A DNA stretch of 64,000 nucleotides from Eledone cirrhosa (Eukaryota). Both the position numbers and the translations under genes were made by a program. Location: assembly GCA_964016885.1 (NCBI GenBank), contig OZ024754.1, forward strand, positions 4,092,001 to 4,156,000. Reading direction: 5' to 3'. Of this stretch, positions 1 through 17,582 are shown in pieces. The notes under the pieces were generated by a model. The model was not told where the DNA came from. It worked only from the letters and a program-made list of their open reading frames with translations, and made no database searches. The first letter of the stretch is position 1. The number at the start of each line of letters is the position of its first letter.

Positions 1-302
1 TGGTGTTTGGACAATAGCTACAAATATATTGTCCTTCCCTCATTACAAATTTCACTGCCTGCTTGAATTATTTTCTTGTACGTTCTCTCTGATCCGGAAT
101 CCGTCATAATTAATTGCTATCCGTTCTTTCCTGCTTAAAGGGATTCTCCTAACCAACTTTTCTGCTTATTTTCTGTGTGTTATTTATTCCCACTTATTCC
201 CACGTCTTTCTATTTCTATTTTTTCTATTAATTAGTTTGATTAATAGTTCTGACATCTGAATAATTTGGGCGAGAAATTCCCTGCAGTCTTAATTCAGAT
301 TA

Positions 303-345
<43 letters not shown>

Positions 346-690
346 TGATTAAAGTGAAACACTTCAATAGATTCCAGCCGCTAGAATAATAAAAAGAATA
401 TCTATATATATATATATATATATACCTACATAGATTATTAAGAATGATAATTAAAGAAAAAATAGAAAAAGTGTCTGATATATAGTAAACATATAAGGCT
501 TTATTAAAAAATATCTAAGGAGTCCTTTATTTATATTGTGTATCCTTTATACATATTTGTCACCAATGATTTCGCTATTCAAGTCTTAAATCTTATTTGC
601 CGATGCAAACAAACACATACAGCTCATTGCTCAGTTTTAATATATGATCAAAGAAAAATGAAATCTGAAAGAAAACAACGTCTTTGGGTG

Positions 691-768
<78 letters not shown>

Positions 769-1058
769 ATGTATCTATGTTATTCCCCACCTTTTTCCAT
801 AGTGGGGCTTACTGCACTTCCATCTTTTTTCACATGCCTTGAGAAATGTTTTTATAATTATACCTGATTTACATACACACACACATATATATATACGCAC
901 TCATATATATACATATATATGTGTGTGTGTGTGTATGTATTTCCATATACATATTTGTATGTTTATATACATACATATATACACACATACACATATATAC
1001 ATATATACACATATATACGTACATATACTCACGTACATATATACATATATATATATAC

Positions 1059-1090
<32 letters not shown>

Positions 1091-1266
1091 GTATTTACAT
1101 AGACATATTCGTATATTTACTTGTGTACATATGTTTCTATACAAACACACACACACAACTATATTATTATATCTATCTACCTAGTTAAATATCCATCTAT
1201 ACATGTGTGTCCGTTATATATATTCATTGTGGTGATCACAGTCACTTGCCTATGGGCATGCTGAGG

Positions 1267-1328
<62 letters not shown>

Positions 1329-1472
1329 ATGTATTATGTAAGTAAGTAAGTATGTAAACGAAAGCAACACAATGAAGTTATACGTTAGTTTAACGCTTGC
1401 TTATAATATGGAACGATTGTACACATAAACACACACAAACACTATATATATACATATACATATATATGTGTA

Positions 1473-1554
<82 letters not shown>

Positions 1555-1557
<3 letters not shown>

Positions 1558-1828
1558 CGGGTAAAATTCCCGAAATCCATGGACGAGTTCTCTCCAGCGG
1601 TCTCTGTCCCTCATTATCGCTGCCATATCCTGCGTCTCCAACAGACCAGTGTCTGTCCTTAGGGCATCAACATACGTTAACCTTGGTCTTCCTCTTCCAG
1701 TGTGTCCATGTAGGGGCTCCCACAGGAGGATGAAAAACTTAGAGCTGTATGGGAGCCTCCCAAAAGTCAGCTCAAAGGTGACACAGAGGAGACTGAGGTT
1801 AGCTGGACATGGTCACCGACATCCAGAG

Positions 1829-1831
<3 letters not shown>
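1555..1831 (-). mobile_element. RTE-clade LINE 3' fragment with inverted 5' segment, inserted in (TA)n
   Basis: Minus strand 1729-1555 reads [49 protein letters not shown]. Plus strand 1730-1831 reads [33 protein letters not shown]. These are consecutive C-terminal motifs of RTE-like ORF2 (RRLRxAGH...WxP..RGRP...DR..WR). Confidence 0.85.
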
Positions 1832-1867
<36 letters not shown>

Positions 1868-1872
<5 letters not shown>

Positions 1873-2082
1873 CATTATCGGAGAAAGCTTTTAGCGATAC
1901 TCCGGCTAAATTCCAACTCACTCAACAAACATTAGTAAATAAGTGAGTATATTCCTAATTAAACGTTGGGGGTGCTAACTAAATGTATTGTGTGGAAAAT
2001 TGGCTGTATTATTTCATATGAGACATATCAAATATATCTCTTCCCAGACGGACGTCTCGTATCATTATAAGATTCCTACAAT
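1868..2082 (-). mobile_element. Short TA-flanked insertion, possible PLE-type tail
   Basis: Flanked by (TA)n on both sides. Minus strand near 2040-2060 has CGAGAC-GTCC-GTC, resembling the HHR 3' half GAAAC-N4-GTC. The first 35 bp recur at 2536-2570. Confidence 0.4.
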
Positions 2083-2099
2083 ATATATATATATATATA

Positions 2100-2197
2100 C
2101 AGGGTATCCCAAGAAATGTATACCTACATGCTGTGCATTCTAATAAATATTGCCTGTGCAAGTAATCAAAGTGTTTATACATGTTTCGGACTCCTTG
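2100..2197. mobile_element. Tc1/mariner-type MITE, degenerate
   Basis: Ends CAGGGTATCCC...GGACTCCTTG. Interior is similar to 58832-58933 and 21596-21673. Confidence 0.55.
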
Positions 2198-2424
2198 CAG
2201 ACATATACTTACACTGTACTGCTTTTAGTTAATATCTACGTACATCTGTAGATGTGGACAAATGTATGTATGTCTTTGAATGTGCATTTGTGCATGTATG
2301 TGTGTGTATGTATATGTGTGTGTATATGTGAGTGGTTGTCTATAACACTTTCACGTTCAAGTTGTCCTTCAACTATTATCATGAAGAAAATAGAACCGAT
2401 GAAGTATACATACATACATACATA

Positions 2425-2540
<116 letters not shown>

Positions 2541-2568
2541 CATTATCGGAGAAAGCTTTTAGCGATAC

Positions 2569-2657
2569 TCTGGTCTTGAAATTTTGGTAAATATGAAGAA
2601 CTGAGCAAAAGTAACACAATGTAGGAAAAGAAAATTGCCATCTAATTGACATTTTCA

Positions 2658-2707
<50 letters not shown>

Positions 2708-2796
2708 TGAAAATGTCAATTAGATGGCAATTTTCTTTTCCTACATTGTGTTACTTTTGCTCAGTTCTTCATATTTACCAAAATTTCAAGACCAGA
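2569..2796. repeat. Perfect ~90-bp inverted repeat centred on (TA)n
   Basis: 2569-2660 is the reverse complement of 2705-2796, and the spacer is pure (TA)n. Confidence 0.95.
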
Positions 2797-3609
2797 TACT
2801 CCATCTTATTCTGTTATAACCAAATAAAGCAAATTAGAAAAACAAGTCGTTCAAATTAGTTTCCCTTCATCTTGTCATTCATCTTTCTCCTCTTCGTTTC
2901 TATATCGCCTCATCATTTAATTTTTATTTTCTTCTTCCCCATCTCTCTCTTTCCTTTTCTCTATATTCCCCTTCATCTCCTTCCCTTTTTATCTCCTTCT
3001 CTCACTCTCTTTCTCTCTTTCGTTCACTCTCTCTCTCTCCATCTCTCTTCTTCCATCAAAATATCTATCTGCGTAGCTTCGTCTTTGTTTCTCTCTGTCA
3101 TATTTTCCACTTCGTCTCACATTCTCTCCCCTCTTCTCTATATCCATGAGATATTATATTATACTCAAAATTGATTGAAAAATTAAGAGGATTAAATTAT
3201 TTATTGCTGAATCCTTACATGAAAATTATATTACTGGAGGATAAATCGACTAAGGAACTTTCGTCACCACATATGATGTTTAGATGCGATATAAGCTAGA
3301 ACCTGCCGGACGAATACGCAATCCCGGACCGACACCAGTAAACTGCTAGGGGACATAGAACATGGGTTGACACAATAAGCTTCAAGAAAACTCTTACAAC
3401 CCAGTGATACAAGTAAATGCTGACCTTACAAAACATGCTTCCAAGCCTTATTTAGAGGAGCCTGTTTAAATGACATGTTGCGGTCTCCATGTCTTGCTGT
3501 AAAAACTGGTGATGGGCCTGCGAACTATCCTGTGAGGAATGGGATGAACGCATACAGATTGCGTATCCCGAGACCCCAAATGGGGTTCGAAAGGGAATAG
3601 ATCTTTACA

Positions 3610-4320
3610 ATTGTAAACTGGAACATCTCAACCCTTACTGGTGAAGGGCAGGAACAAGTGGAGGAATTTAAATGCGAGTGGCTTAATATAGTCGGAGTTT
3701 CCTCAATAAAATTCCGTTGCTCTAGTACTGTAGATTTGGATAGAAGATGGAAACTCCACTATTCAGCTGTGCTGCCCAGAAATGACCACATAAGCGGGAG
3801 TTGGGATAGTCACAAGCCCCCGACTGTTAGAAACTGTCATGGATTGGATCCCGTTAAGAGCGAGGAATTGCCTCTTGAAGCTGAGGCTGAAAGATAGGTC
3901 ACTGTAAATGGTGCAACTGTATGCATCCTACAATGATCTCGAATACAGACATTTCCTTGATGTAGTCACTGCAGCGTTACATGTATCTAAGACTAAGCCA
4001 TATATCTTAATTGGAGATTCCAATGCACAGGTCTGCACTGATATCCAGACAGGAAAAGGAATGATTGGAAGGAAGAGTGATCCCAATCTAAATGTGAATG
4101 GAGATGCCTTACTAGACTTCTGCTCTATCAATATACTCTGTATTATTATCACTTTCCTACAGCACAATGACATCCATAAATATACATGATATAATGGGTA
4201 TCAAGGACAGAGATCAATAACTCAATGTGTTATTGTCCCTGAACGCTTCGATTCTGAGCTGGATGTTCGTGATAAAAGAGAAGCTAAGCTGTCAACTGAT
4301 CAGCATGTAGTTAACTACAA
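3610..4320 (+). pseudogene. RTE-type LINE AP-endonuclease domain, frameshifted
   Basis: Motifs across frames: WNISTLTG, LNIVGVS, MVQLYA, ILIGDSNAQV, NVNGDALLDFC, TFLQHNDIHKYT, LSTDQHVV. Stops and frameshifts present. Probable 5' UTR upstream from ~3290. Confidence 0.9.
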
Positions 4321-5482
4321 CTTGGGACAACCTACGACCAAAAAGGCCCAATACTTCGCATGTCCAGGTCAAACTAGCAGCTAGTTTGATAAATAAATAA
4401 CTGGCGCGTATAGGTCGGCTTTTGTTTATGCTCTAATATATATAAAGCTTTAAACCTCTTTCAAAAGCGTTAATTCATTCAAAATGGAGAAGAAGAAAAG
4501 AAGAGCAATAGAATAAATTCAAAAAGGCAAAGATTGTGTGAAAAGATGGCTTTAAGAATGAAATATAAGAATTAAAAATCAGACGGTTACTAAACTATTA
4601 GAGGAATAGATTAGTTATATGATTAATAATATAAAGGAAGTGAAAGTCAACTGGTGCTTGTGTTTGTCACGGGATCATGACTCCCACAGCATAACAATAT
4701 ATATAAATACGCATATATACATTCACGGATTTGGTACACTTCAATATATTTACAATTTATTTTCTCTCTTTTTAAATTTAAGCAAATAAAGGTTGAATGC
4801 AAATTTATCTCTAGGCAACATGTTATAAAATTGGGCTAGTTTTTTAATGAGATCTAAATTTAAAATCACACAGCTGGGGATTACAATAATTGTCTCGAAG
4901 ATTTTGAGTTCTAAGAAAAAAAGTAACAAAGTTAAATACCCTCTAACCTTCACAAACCCTTTGGCGTCATAACAGCAGAAAACTTTGAATTGGAGTTATC
5001 TTTCTAATGAATATATATATATATATATATATAAAAGTTTGTATATGTATATATGCATATATGTGTATGTATATATATATATACATTTTTTTAATATATA
5101 TATATTCATATATATATACAAGCATATATACGCACCTCTATATTCATAAGCATTTTAATCTAGTTGACGTTCGTTTTATATCCTAATAAATAATTGGAAA
5201 CATATTGCAAACACATGAAAGAGGGAAGTGCAGACTCAAAACGGCCGAGTGTTATTTACCGAGCCATATTTACCTTTCTAGACTAGAGATCTCTTTGCTA
5301 TCATGAATTATAATTTAGCTGTCAATGAAATATCTGCTTGCATTCAACACTCAAGTCATTTCTCTCGTAATAAACATCATTCCCATCTCAGCTGTCACTA
5401 ATTTCTTCTGGTTCGGTTCATAGCCTTAATTAAAAAGCTTTTTATAGAAGGTTACCTTCTGTTCCTATATGATATAATGTAA

Positions 5483-5607
<125 letters not shown>

Positions 5608-5928
5608 AGCGCGTGAAGGTATGCATATAAAGATCTATATAGACACACACACGCAATAAACACTGTGAGAGAATAAGAGTTCTGAAATGGGGTTCTTATA
5701 ATTTCAAAATTTTGAACACACAGTGTTTCGATAGTCCATATATACATGCATGCCCGCAAACACGCACGCACGCACATACACACACACACACACACACCCA
5801 CCCACAACACACACACATATATAAACATACGCACGCACAGGCGCACACACACACACACACACATACATACACACACATAGGTATATATATATATATATAT
5901 ATATCTATATATATATATATATATATGT

Positions 5929-6040
5929 AAATCGTGAGGTTGTGATTTCGATTCCTGTTGTTTTCTTGAGCAAGACACTTTATTCCTTCTTGCTCCAGTT
6001 CACTCAGCTGTAGAATTGATTTGCGCCGTCTCCAATGTCC
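5929..6040 (+). mobile_element. tRNA-derived SINE fragment (CORE-like domain family)
   Basis: Contains cttgagcaagacactttatt...gctccagttcactcagctgtag, shared with 36008-36323. Confidence 0.75.
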
Positions 6041-6966
6041 AGATATATATGTATATATGTTTACCAATATATCTATCTATTTTATATATATATATGTACA
6101 TACATATAAAATTATAGACACAATGTCTCCGGACAACGAAATAAAATACATTATCAAACTGCTCCTCATAACATAATTATACTAACTATCAGAAAAACCA
6201 TCTTCGGGTGGTTTTCTGCTAGCATGTGTAGTGTGTATATATGTGTAGTGTGTATATATGCATGTAGATATGATCAAATAAAATCGTAATTAACAATATA
6301 GTCAGAACTTGAACGAAGACTACGTTACACTCTCTTATGTAATCAGTAACGTAATCCATGATACATAAAAAAAAGACGATATTATATATAAACTGCATTA
6401 GGAGAGAATTAGTGACAGAAATATACGAATATTTATTTAAACGATCGCTAACCGGAAGTGTTGACATTTAAAATGTTTTAAGAAGTGGGTCTTTAAATAA
6501 GTAATAAAATATATTTAATGAACAGCTACGAAATTTATTAGATAAATTATGTAATATTCATTGATTATGTATTCAAAGTAATTCAAATTATTTTACTATG
6601 GGGATAAAAAAATATAAACCGTACGCAGTCCCGCGCTTCTTACATTATTATAGTTTAGATGACCCAGATTATAATATACACAAAACATGAAAAGAAACAG
6701 GACAGTGATACTAACTAATACCAATGACTCTTGTTTACATATAAATCTTTGAACCTCATATGTTTCCTATTTCTTGTTTTTCTTTGTCTTTCACACATGC
6801 TACACTTAATATCGTTTGTTTCTTTTCGTTTTCATCACAGAAGCCCCTTCCTAAGAGGTAACCCTAGCTGTCAATTAAATTGTAACACCACCCTCAAGAG
6901 ATAGTTTTGATATAAGCTAAATCAAAATAGACTTAGATTCTCAATTGATTGCGAAACTGTAAAATT

Positions 6967-7198
<232 letters not shown>

Positions 7199-7402
7199 CC
7201 TTTGACCCATATATATATACACACACACATATATAAATACATATATATATAAACATATATATACATGTATATATATATATATATATACACATGTATATAT
7301 ATATAGATATATGGATATATGGATATATATATATGTAATATATATACATACATGTACATGTACATTATTTATATATATATATATATATTACACATATATA
7401 TT

Positions 7403-7436
<34 letters not shown>

Positions 7437-7810
7437 GTATAGACATACATATATAAATATATATATATAAATGTATATACATATAAAAATATATATATTT
7501 ATATATACGCATATATACACATATAAAATTGTCTCTACATAACATATATTTCATTAAGTTTAAGTATAATCAGATTGATTTTCAAATAATGTTCTGCCAT
7601 GTTTTTTTTTTATCTTCTTAACACGAAAGGATTTCACGAAAGGATTCCTACTTTCAAAATGTACTCACATGTGATTTGATAGATTTTTTTTCAATATTTC
7701 CATTTCCCATTTCACCCATCGAAACATATATACATGTTTATATATAATATGCATAAAACATACATATTTAGATACTGACACATATATATCTACCAAGGTA
7801 TATATATATA

Positions 7811-7879
<69 letters not shown>

Positions 7880-8509
7880 ATAGATTTGGTAGAAATTTCA
7901 CAGTTGTAACTAATTATATATATATATATAGAGAGAGAGAGACAGAGAGAGAGAAAGTCTTAGATACATAAATACTGAGATACATACATACATACAAACA
8001 TTCATACATAGACACATATACACTGGTTTCTATATAATTTCATATATTTCTTTTTTACCCTCTTTACTGCTAATTATTTGTATCAACTTGTAAAATTGAT
8101 TCTCGTAATTTTCTTAATCTTTTCTTTGGAAAGAGTTTTTTTTTAATCAGTGTTGTACTTTATCTACAGTTCGTTTGCTTGTTTATTTTACAAATTTGTA
8201 TTGAATATTTTTCGAAAATATTTCCACCATTTTGTCACCCATCGTGATATTCGTGAATGTATATCTATGGAAAAATCTGATCACAGTTAGTATATTTTGT
8301 CCTTCCAGCGTATATGCCGATATTGCTAATTAACTTTTTTTCTTTTCTTTCATACCCTCATACATGCATACATATTGAGAAAGATAGATAGAATGATATA
8401 GAAATACAGAGAGATGTCTGATTAGAAAAAAAACCCCCCAAAAACCCGCATACAGATTCAGAGAAACAAGCAGGCATGGAAACAAGCAGTCATGGAAACA
8501 CGCGTCACA

Positions 8510-9570
<1,061 letters not shown>

Positions 9571-10828
9571 ACATCTATGTAATATTCACGTTGTGTTGCG
9601 TGAAGATGTAGAATTTTATAATGAAACGTCTTAAAATATTCCAGACATGTAAAACTTTCCTCTCATATTATTTAATTTATATTTATTATATTTTGTATTA
9701 TTTTATTATGTTTTATATTGTTGTTCTTTCCTTTTGTCTTTTAAATTTCCTGTAAGCATTTACAAAAGATGTTGCCTTATCACTTATTCAAAATCTGCCA
9801 AAATTTTCTACGTTCTTTAAATATAAATATTTGACGACAGTAATTTCTTTTTTGAAACATTCTTTTCTTGCTTATCTTTCTGAACTTATATTATTTTATT
9901 ACATTTATATTTTCTTCCCGGACACTTTGTGTCTTGTCACGTATTTTACATTTTTTTTTTTACTCTTTTTTTTACTAGATGTTTTGTCAAATTTTGTCAT
10001 ATTTTTACAATATTTTTGAAATACTTTGCGACTATTTCGTGTTTCAAATATATTTATGTTAATTTGTTATGTATGTAGGTGGGTAATGTAGGTGTGTGAT
10101 ATTTATTTTTCAAAAAACTTTAGCTGAAAACAAATTTGAAAACAAATCAAATTTGATCCACATACAGATTTGCGAACGGTAAGAAGAAAAGAACTTAATA
10201 AATGTAACTGGAATTACCAACATTGAACACCTCACTTACAGTTCTAACAACAATGAAGTAGATCCCTTGTATATTATTAGATAACGGTAAAAATAACAAA
10301 ATCTAGAAATAATACATAATATAATAGGTATATATAAGGGAGCTGAGTTGGTGCGTAAACTTAGTTGAGTAGGTATAATTATTGTAATCCTCCCAGCAGA
10401 ATTGTAAAGATCCAGTAAATATAATTTGAGTCTTGAATTTGATCAGGTACCAGTTCCTATCTGAAAGAAATGCATTAGGGCGTAGTGTTAGATGAGCGAA
10501 GATTGAATGTTCATCGTCGAAAATGACGAAGGATCTATCATAGTCATCATATTCCAGAAGGACAGGTATGGATGAGTTGAAGAAGAAAAGAAATATACCA
10601 GAATTATGTGTGGTTTTAGTTGTCTACTGCAGATAATATCTCACGGTTTTAATTGTAAATATTACCTCCTATCGATGTAGAAAAATGCATTTCGAATTAG
10701 TTTTGCAGTTTAAATATGTCTGATAAAAATATAATCATTTAAACTGAATACAGTGATGTGAGATAACGACTGCTGTTGAACAACCGACAAGTTCAGTGCT
10801 CCCGCTGCAGACAATGCAATAAACTATA

Positions 10829-10906
10829 CAGGTTGTCCAGAAAGTCCACCTGTAATTTAAAATACTTGTAGCTTTGTAATTATACACGGATTTTATGGAC
10901 ACTCTG
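10829..10906. mobile_element. Tc1/mariner-type MITE (78 bp)
   Basis: TA|CAGGTTGTCCA...TGGACACTCTG|TA gives TIRs with a TA target-site duplication. Confidence 0.7.
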
Positions 10907-12000
10907 TATTGTCCAAATTTGCCCGGCAGTATTCATCCCTCTAGCCTAACACATTCTAAGAATATAAATAGCTTAATACTATAAGATAACATTCATTCTT
11001 TATAGTATATACGCTGCATATAGGAGTGGAGTATATATATCTGCAATAGATGGAATGAGTCAATCAATATTAAGAGATACCCTGTAAAATATGAACTTAC
11101 GACAACCTAGAAACTAGTTTTCTATACAACCATTTCAGTCAGCTGTGACACGCAATATGCTTCGAGAATTAGACGCCAGACGTACCTTATTCGCTTCATT
11201 TTCATAATTCTAAATGAAAAGCTACTCGTTTCTTTATTGTGGAAAACACTCTTATTTTATAGGACACGTAATACTGGCTTTGAGGGATCTGACAGCAGCA
11301 AAGGATAAAAATTCACAATGTATTATAAAATTTATCGTTTCATCCTATTATTTTTTTTTTTTAGTAAAGCCAGATTAAAGCTTGTGTTGTTGGTAAGAGG
11401 CCTTGTGTTGTGTTGCAGTATGGCTGGCTTTCTGGCTCTGAAAGCATGTTCAAAAACCAATTATTTTATTTGAAGTGATGAGGAAACAAACGGAACACAA
11501 AATCTCCCCTGAACTATGAATCAGCTATTAGAATCGATAATCTTCGCCTTTCAAGAGTTTGCATGGATTGTTTTTTAACTGTCAGCTAGCCATAAAGTAT
11601 TATAGCAACTGATGTGGAATGACAGCATCCCTTGATTCAACTTCCACAACATTAAAGTTAAAATAATTTCACTGTAATGTAATCAAAGCATGAAGTTCGC
11701 TTATAGCATTATGTTTAATGATTTAGAATTACATTTTATATTGAAATTCTAACATTAAGCACACGGCCAGAAATAGATAAGTGATGTTATGGCTATAGCT
11801 CAATGAATCGTTCTCCTTCTATATCATTGTTACTTATGCTATTGATCCCCCAACCCTAACCGGGAGTGAAGAAAAGCGAATTAATCTTCCATCGAGATTT
11901 GAACTCAGATCGTAAAACAATATAACGAAATGTTGCAAGTCATATTTTCCACAGTACTGCCCCGAATACAACACTGCTACACCACTGTCAATATAACTGG

Positions 12001-12160
12001 TTCTAATTTTGGCGCAAGGCCAGCAATTTGGAGGAAAGGAGAAAGTGAATTAAATGAACCGTAGTACCTTACAGGTAATATATTTCTCGACCCGGTATGG
12101 ATGAAAGACAAAGGTAACCTCGGGGAGATTTCAGCTCAGACCGTAAAAGGACCTTAACTC
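12001..12160 (-). mobile_element. tRNA-derived SINE (major family), diverged
   Basis: ggcgcaaggccagcaat...gatgaaagacaaaggtaacctcggggagatttcagctcag matches the other copies. Confidence 0.75.
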
Positions 12161-12162
12161 TT

Positions 12163-12965
<803 letters not shown>

Positions 12966-13236
12966 TATATATAAACTACATGAAGCAATTTAAATGGAAA
13001 AACCCTCCCACAAAGTATCGAATCTGAATATAGCAAAGCATTTTGTCTGCAGTTCTAGAAAGGTTCTGTCACATGATTGTGAAGATGATGACGACAGTGA
13101 TGGTGTTAGTGTTGATGATAAAGATTCTGAGGATGACAATGATCACGTGGAGAGGTGGAAGAGTAAGAATGATGATGGTGACGACGATGTATATGATGAG
13201 GGATCTGATACCGAAGGTAATGCTGTCGATGTAAGG

Positions 13237-13530
13237 TACTCCGTCGGTTATGTCTATCAGTGTTCCAGTCGATCCGATCAACGGAACAGCCTGCTCATGT
13301 AATTAACGTGCAAGTGACTGAGCATTCCATAGACACGTAGTTCTTAGGGAGATTCAACGCAATACCCACACAGTATGTGACATGAATGGCCATCAGAACT
13401 ACAGGTACAACTCATTTTTGCCAGCTGAGTAGTGACAGTGGAGCAACGCGAAATAAAGTTTGTTGCTCAAGGACACAACGCGCCCCAGAGAATCGAACTC
13501 ACAACCTTACGATTGTGAGCTGAATACCCT
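13237..13530 (-). mobile_element. tRNA-derived SINE (CORE-like domain family)
   Basis: B-box reverse complement gaatcgaactc and core ttgctcaaggacacaacgc. Confidence 0.8.
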
Positions 13531-13548
13531 ATACTTTTTTTATCATTA

Positions 13549-14060
13549 ATAATCGTTTCTACTTTTGGCACAAGGCCAGCAATTATCCAGTGTATTACTG
13601 GTACTTTATTTTATCGAACCCATAAAGATGAAAGGCAAAGTTAACCTCGGCGGGATTTGAACTCAGAATGCCAAGGGCCGTAACTCTATGCGTCAAAGCA
13701 TGGCGTCCGACCCTCTACCGATACTGCCAATGTTTTCCAGCATAGGTACAAGTTCAGAAAGTCAGTTGACCCCCCTCCCCTTCCTCCACAGTATTTCACT
13801 GGCATTTTATTTATCGGCTGTGGGAGGATAGATGGCAAAGTTGACTTCAGTGAAATTTGAAATATTAACGCAATGGGCCATAACTAAATTCCGCAAAGTA
13901 TTTTGTCCGGGGATCTAAAGATTGTTCCAACCCAAAACTTTCCAATAATGATTTCTAAATCAGACACAAGACCAATAATTTTGTGGGTGTGGAAAGTCGA
14001 TTAAAACGTCCTCAGAAATGGACTGTTATTTATCGACAAGGAAAGGCAGAGTTGAACTAA
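13549..14060 (-). mobile_element. Cluster of three major-family SINE copies
   Basis: Young copy at 13549-13731, older copies at ~13735-13930 and ~13945-14060. Confidence 0.8.
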
Positions 14061-14618
14061 ATGGCACAAAATATTTTAATAACACTCTACTTTCCCAATC
14101 CAGCTCCTTTATCAAAATTAATAACTCTCTATATGCAATTCTTTGATTGCAATGTTAAATATACAAATATATATATATATATGTATGTATGTATAATTAA
14201 CACAATTTCAGAAGCCGACTTAATTTTAAATACAAAATATTTTCATTTATCTTACAAAAAAAGAGACCAGAATAGATTTATATTTTATTATTTTATATTT
14301 TATATTTGTTTGTATGTATATGGAGGAGTCAGGAGACCTTTGTCTGCCAATAGAACTTTACACCAAAAATACTTTGAACCCATTCTGTTGGGACATCGAT
14401 TGTAGAATGTGTAGAAATAATTAAATATACTAACACAAAAGATGACTTACAAGAAACAGAAAAAAATTACAATAAGATGAAATACAATGTAACAACGAGA
14501 AATATTCGACAGCTTTGATGTAGTCAGATATTGACCTTCGTTAGAACTGACAATGTGTATAGAGTGCTAAAAACACACACAAAAACAAAAAATACTGGAG
14601 AAAAGAAACGAAAAAACT

Positions 14619-14697
<79 letters not shown>

Positions 14698-15198
14698 ATA
14701 TTAACGTTTATATATATATATATATGTGTGTGTATATTAACGTTTATATATACATTATTGCTTGATAGAGTGTCAGCATTACACATATAGTAAGAATGTT
14801 CAATATTTCATTTTGCAGTCAGTCCATTCCTTTTTCTCCAAGACCAGTCAGGCCAATAAGTGCAGACAATAGAGGGTAGATCAAAGAATATATGAAACCT
14901 TCAGCCAAAAATATAAGACATGTAGTGTACTACAGGACGTCATCTTAAGCTAAGTGTCAGAGGTTAGAGAATTGAACACGTTCTCAAAATTACCGTCTCC
15001 TAATCGCCGATAGATGTGTAACTACACTATTAAGGAGCTTCTGTTGCCAAGCTGCAGATATAAGATCACAATGACTTCGTCGTGAATGAAATTACGAAGC
15101 GAATAGATTGCGATACAATTTCATCGAAACTAGCAAATGGATGATATAGGAGATAAGATTCAAAACAAAATGAGGTGGTGTAGATTATATACATACAT

Positions 15199-15276
<78 letters not shown>

Positions 15277-17486
15277 ACATATGTATATACATCTGCGCAC
15301 AATGAGTGAATACAATAATTAAGGAATCAAATAATTGTGGAGTGCAACGAGGAATATAAGAATGAATATAAAATAATATGAAAAGAAGAAGCCTTTGTCA
15401 AAACAAGAGACGTTATTATGAAAGCGGAATCAAAGTGAATATTTCTGACAGAATGAAATAAATAGATTAAAAGGAATATCAATGATGCTTAAAATAATTA
15501 TCTTTCGTATTTGAAAAAAAAAAGAAAACGGATAAATTGATAAACCTGAAAAACACATTTCAATTTTATTCCGTATATTCTTGAATGTTCTAATAGAAAA
15601 TGGTAACAATTTATATATATATAGGATCCCATATACTGTAGCGTAGTATTTCTCACAAAAGCACCTCAAGTATGTGCAGACATTTTTCTATAGATTTTAT
15701 CAAAGGATCATATGGGAGATTTTCGTTATATGAGGCTCTGTAGGCATAAGAACATATATAGTTTCTCTACAATCTATGTTAAAGCTTTCTGTGTTTTCTT
15801 TGCTGGATTTATATAACAACAAACCTATTTCAATAGTGCATTGTTCAAGAATATTTTCTAGCAAGAACTCTGTACTATAAAGCAGCACGTGTCACATGAC
15901 ATTTCAGTCATATGTCCAGCTACATATGGGGATGATTGAAGAAGAAAAACCTACACTATATTTGAAAAGCAAGCTACAAACCGCTCACGGTAATTCTGTT
16001 TGTTAAAAATATTTCAAGTTAAAAGTTTGCGGTTTTATTTAGTGTCTTAACATTTCGCAGTCAAAAGCGTGGCTCTCTAACAACACGGATGCTTTACCCA
16101 AGGGAAGAAAAGTAGTAGCAGAATGTGAAGAGTAAAATAGAATTAAAAAAACTATAATAAGCTTTTTTTTTAAATAACAAAAATATAATTAAATTAAATT
16201 GAGAAAACATTTTTTTTTTCTCTAAAGAAAATTTCAGAACTTTATCTTAGAATTAGATTGGAAAAGAGAAATAACAAAATGAATTATAAAAGCCCAAACC
16301 CCTGTAAGCAATAACAGGAAGGTAAACCTGACATTACCAAAGAAGAAAATAACGAAAGAAATAAAGGACTAGTATTTCGGGAAAGGAAAGAGAAAGAAGT
16401 GTTGAGCGTTGTGGGTATATGTTTCGTAAATGTGAGTACGTGAGTGATAGAAGGCATATGGGATTTGTAATAGTAAAATGGAAGTAGAATGAAATAAGCG
16501 GACAACCTACCATTGTACATTTGCTGGTTGCCGGCATGAAGTTGGAGCAATCAAAAAGAAACATACGCCATAAAGAAAACTGAAAAGAGAGAAAACAGAA
16601 AAAAAATTAGTTGAAATGGCTTTCAGACATATTTTCTTCTTCTTTTCTCGCCATGTTGAAAAGAATTAGTGAACGTAGTTCTCCAAGCGCACAAACAAAA
16701 ATAAAATTTCAGGTCATTCACACGTTTTTGAAGGGCACGTTACTAACAGAAGTATCATCATCATCATCATCATAATCATCATCAACATTATTATTGTTAT
16801 TTTTATCAATATTGTTTTTATTGTTGTTATTTTTATTATTATCATTACCATTTACGATGAAGAACTGATGTTTAAATGGCTCTACATACGAGCAGTATCC
16901 CTCAGTCGCTGCTCTGTGTACAAATAATATTGGTGTTCATGTTAAATTTCATCCAAATTCTTGTCAATCTTCTTATATGTATTGTATCCATATTATCAGT
17001 GTTGTATATTGAAACCAGAGTTGATATCTCATTTTAGTGTTACCTGCTTCATAACTATCCTTGCCTTGGTAGACCGTGATCAGTTTTACAGCCGTAGAAG
17101 TAAGCCTGAACTCTCAGATGATGTCGATCTGACTGGTGAGGCATTCGACTATCATCTATAGTGATGATTGGGCTTTAATGATGACTTGACTGAGTTATGA
17201 AATGGTATACGTGATAATTTCGTGTATACGGAATATACCAAGGAAGCACCGTTCGAAAAAGGGCCAGGGAAAGGAAATTCATTTGATGTCTCTACAAACA
17301 TATCCAGGAATTATGCCCATTAGATTTCATTTCTCCAACAGACTTAAATATCAAAACCTCTCCGTTAGGCATAACGTAAACTTTGGGGTAGGACAAAGTT
17401 GATTGTATAAACACCAGTACATGACGGGTATTTAATGTTATCCACTGGAGGTTGCAAATCAAATGCATGCATTCATACACATCCTA

Positions 17487-17582
<96 letters not shown>

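Noticed and set aside
4480-4615. KKRR...CVKRWL...KLLEE, faintly like a PIF/Harbinger N-terminus
   Set aside because: Short, interrupted by stops, and no TIRs or catalytic region seen.
12994-13302. Acidic 102-aa ORF
   Set aside because: Degenerate (GAT)n low-complexity sequence running into a SINE.
17030-17350. Minus-strand VKLITVYQGKDSYEAGN as a LINE RT relic or exon
   Set aside because: Stops in all frames and similarity too weak without a search.
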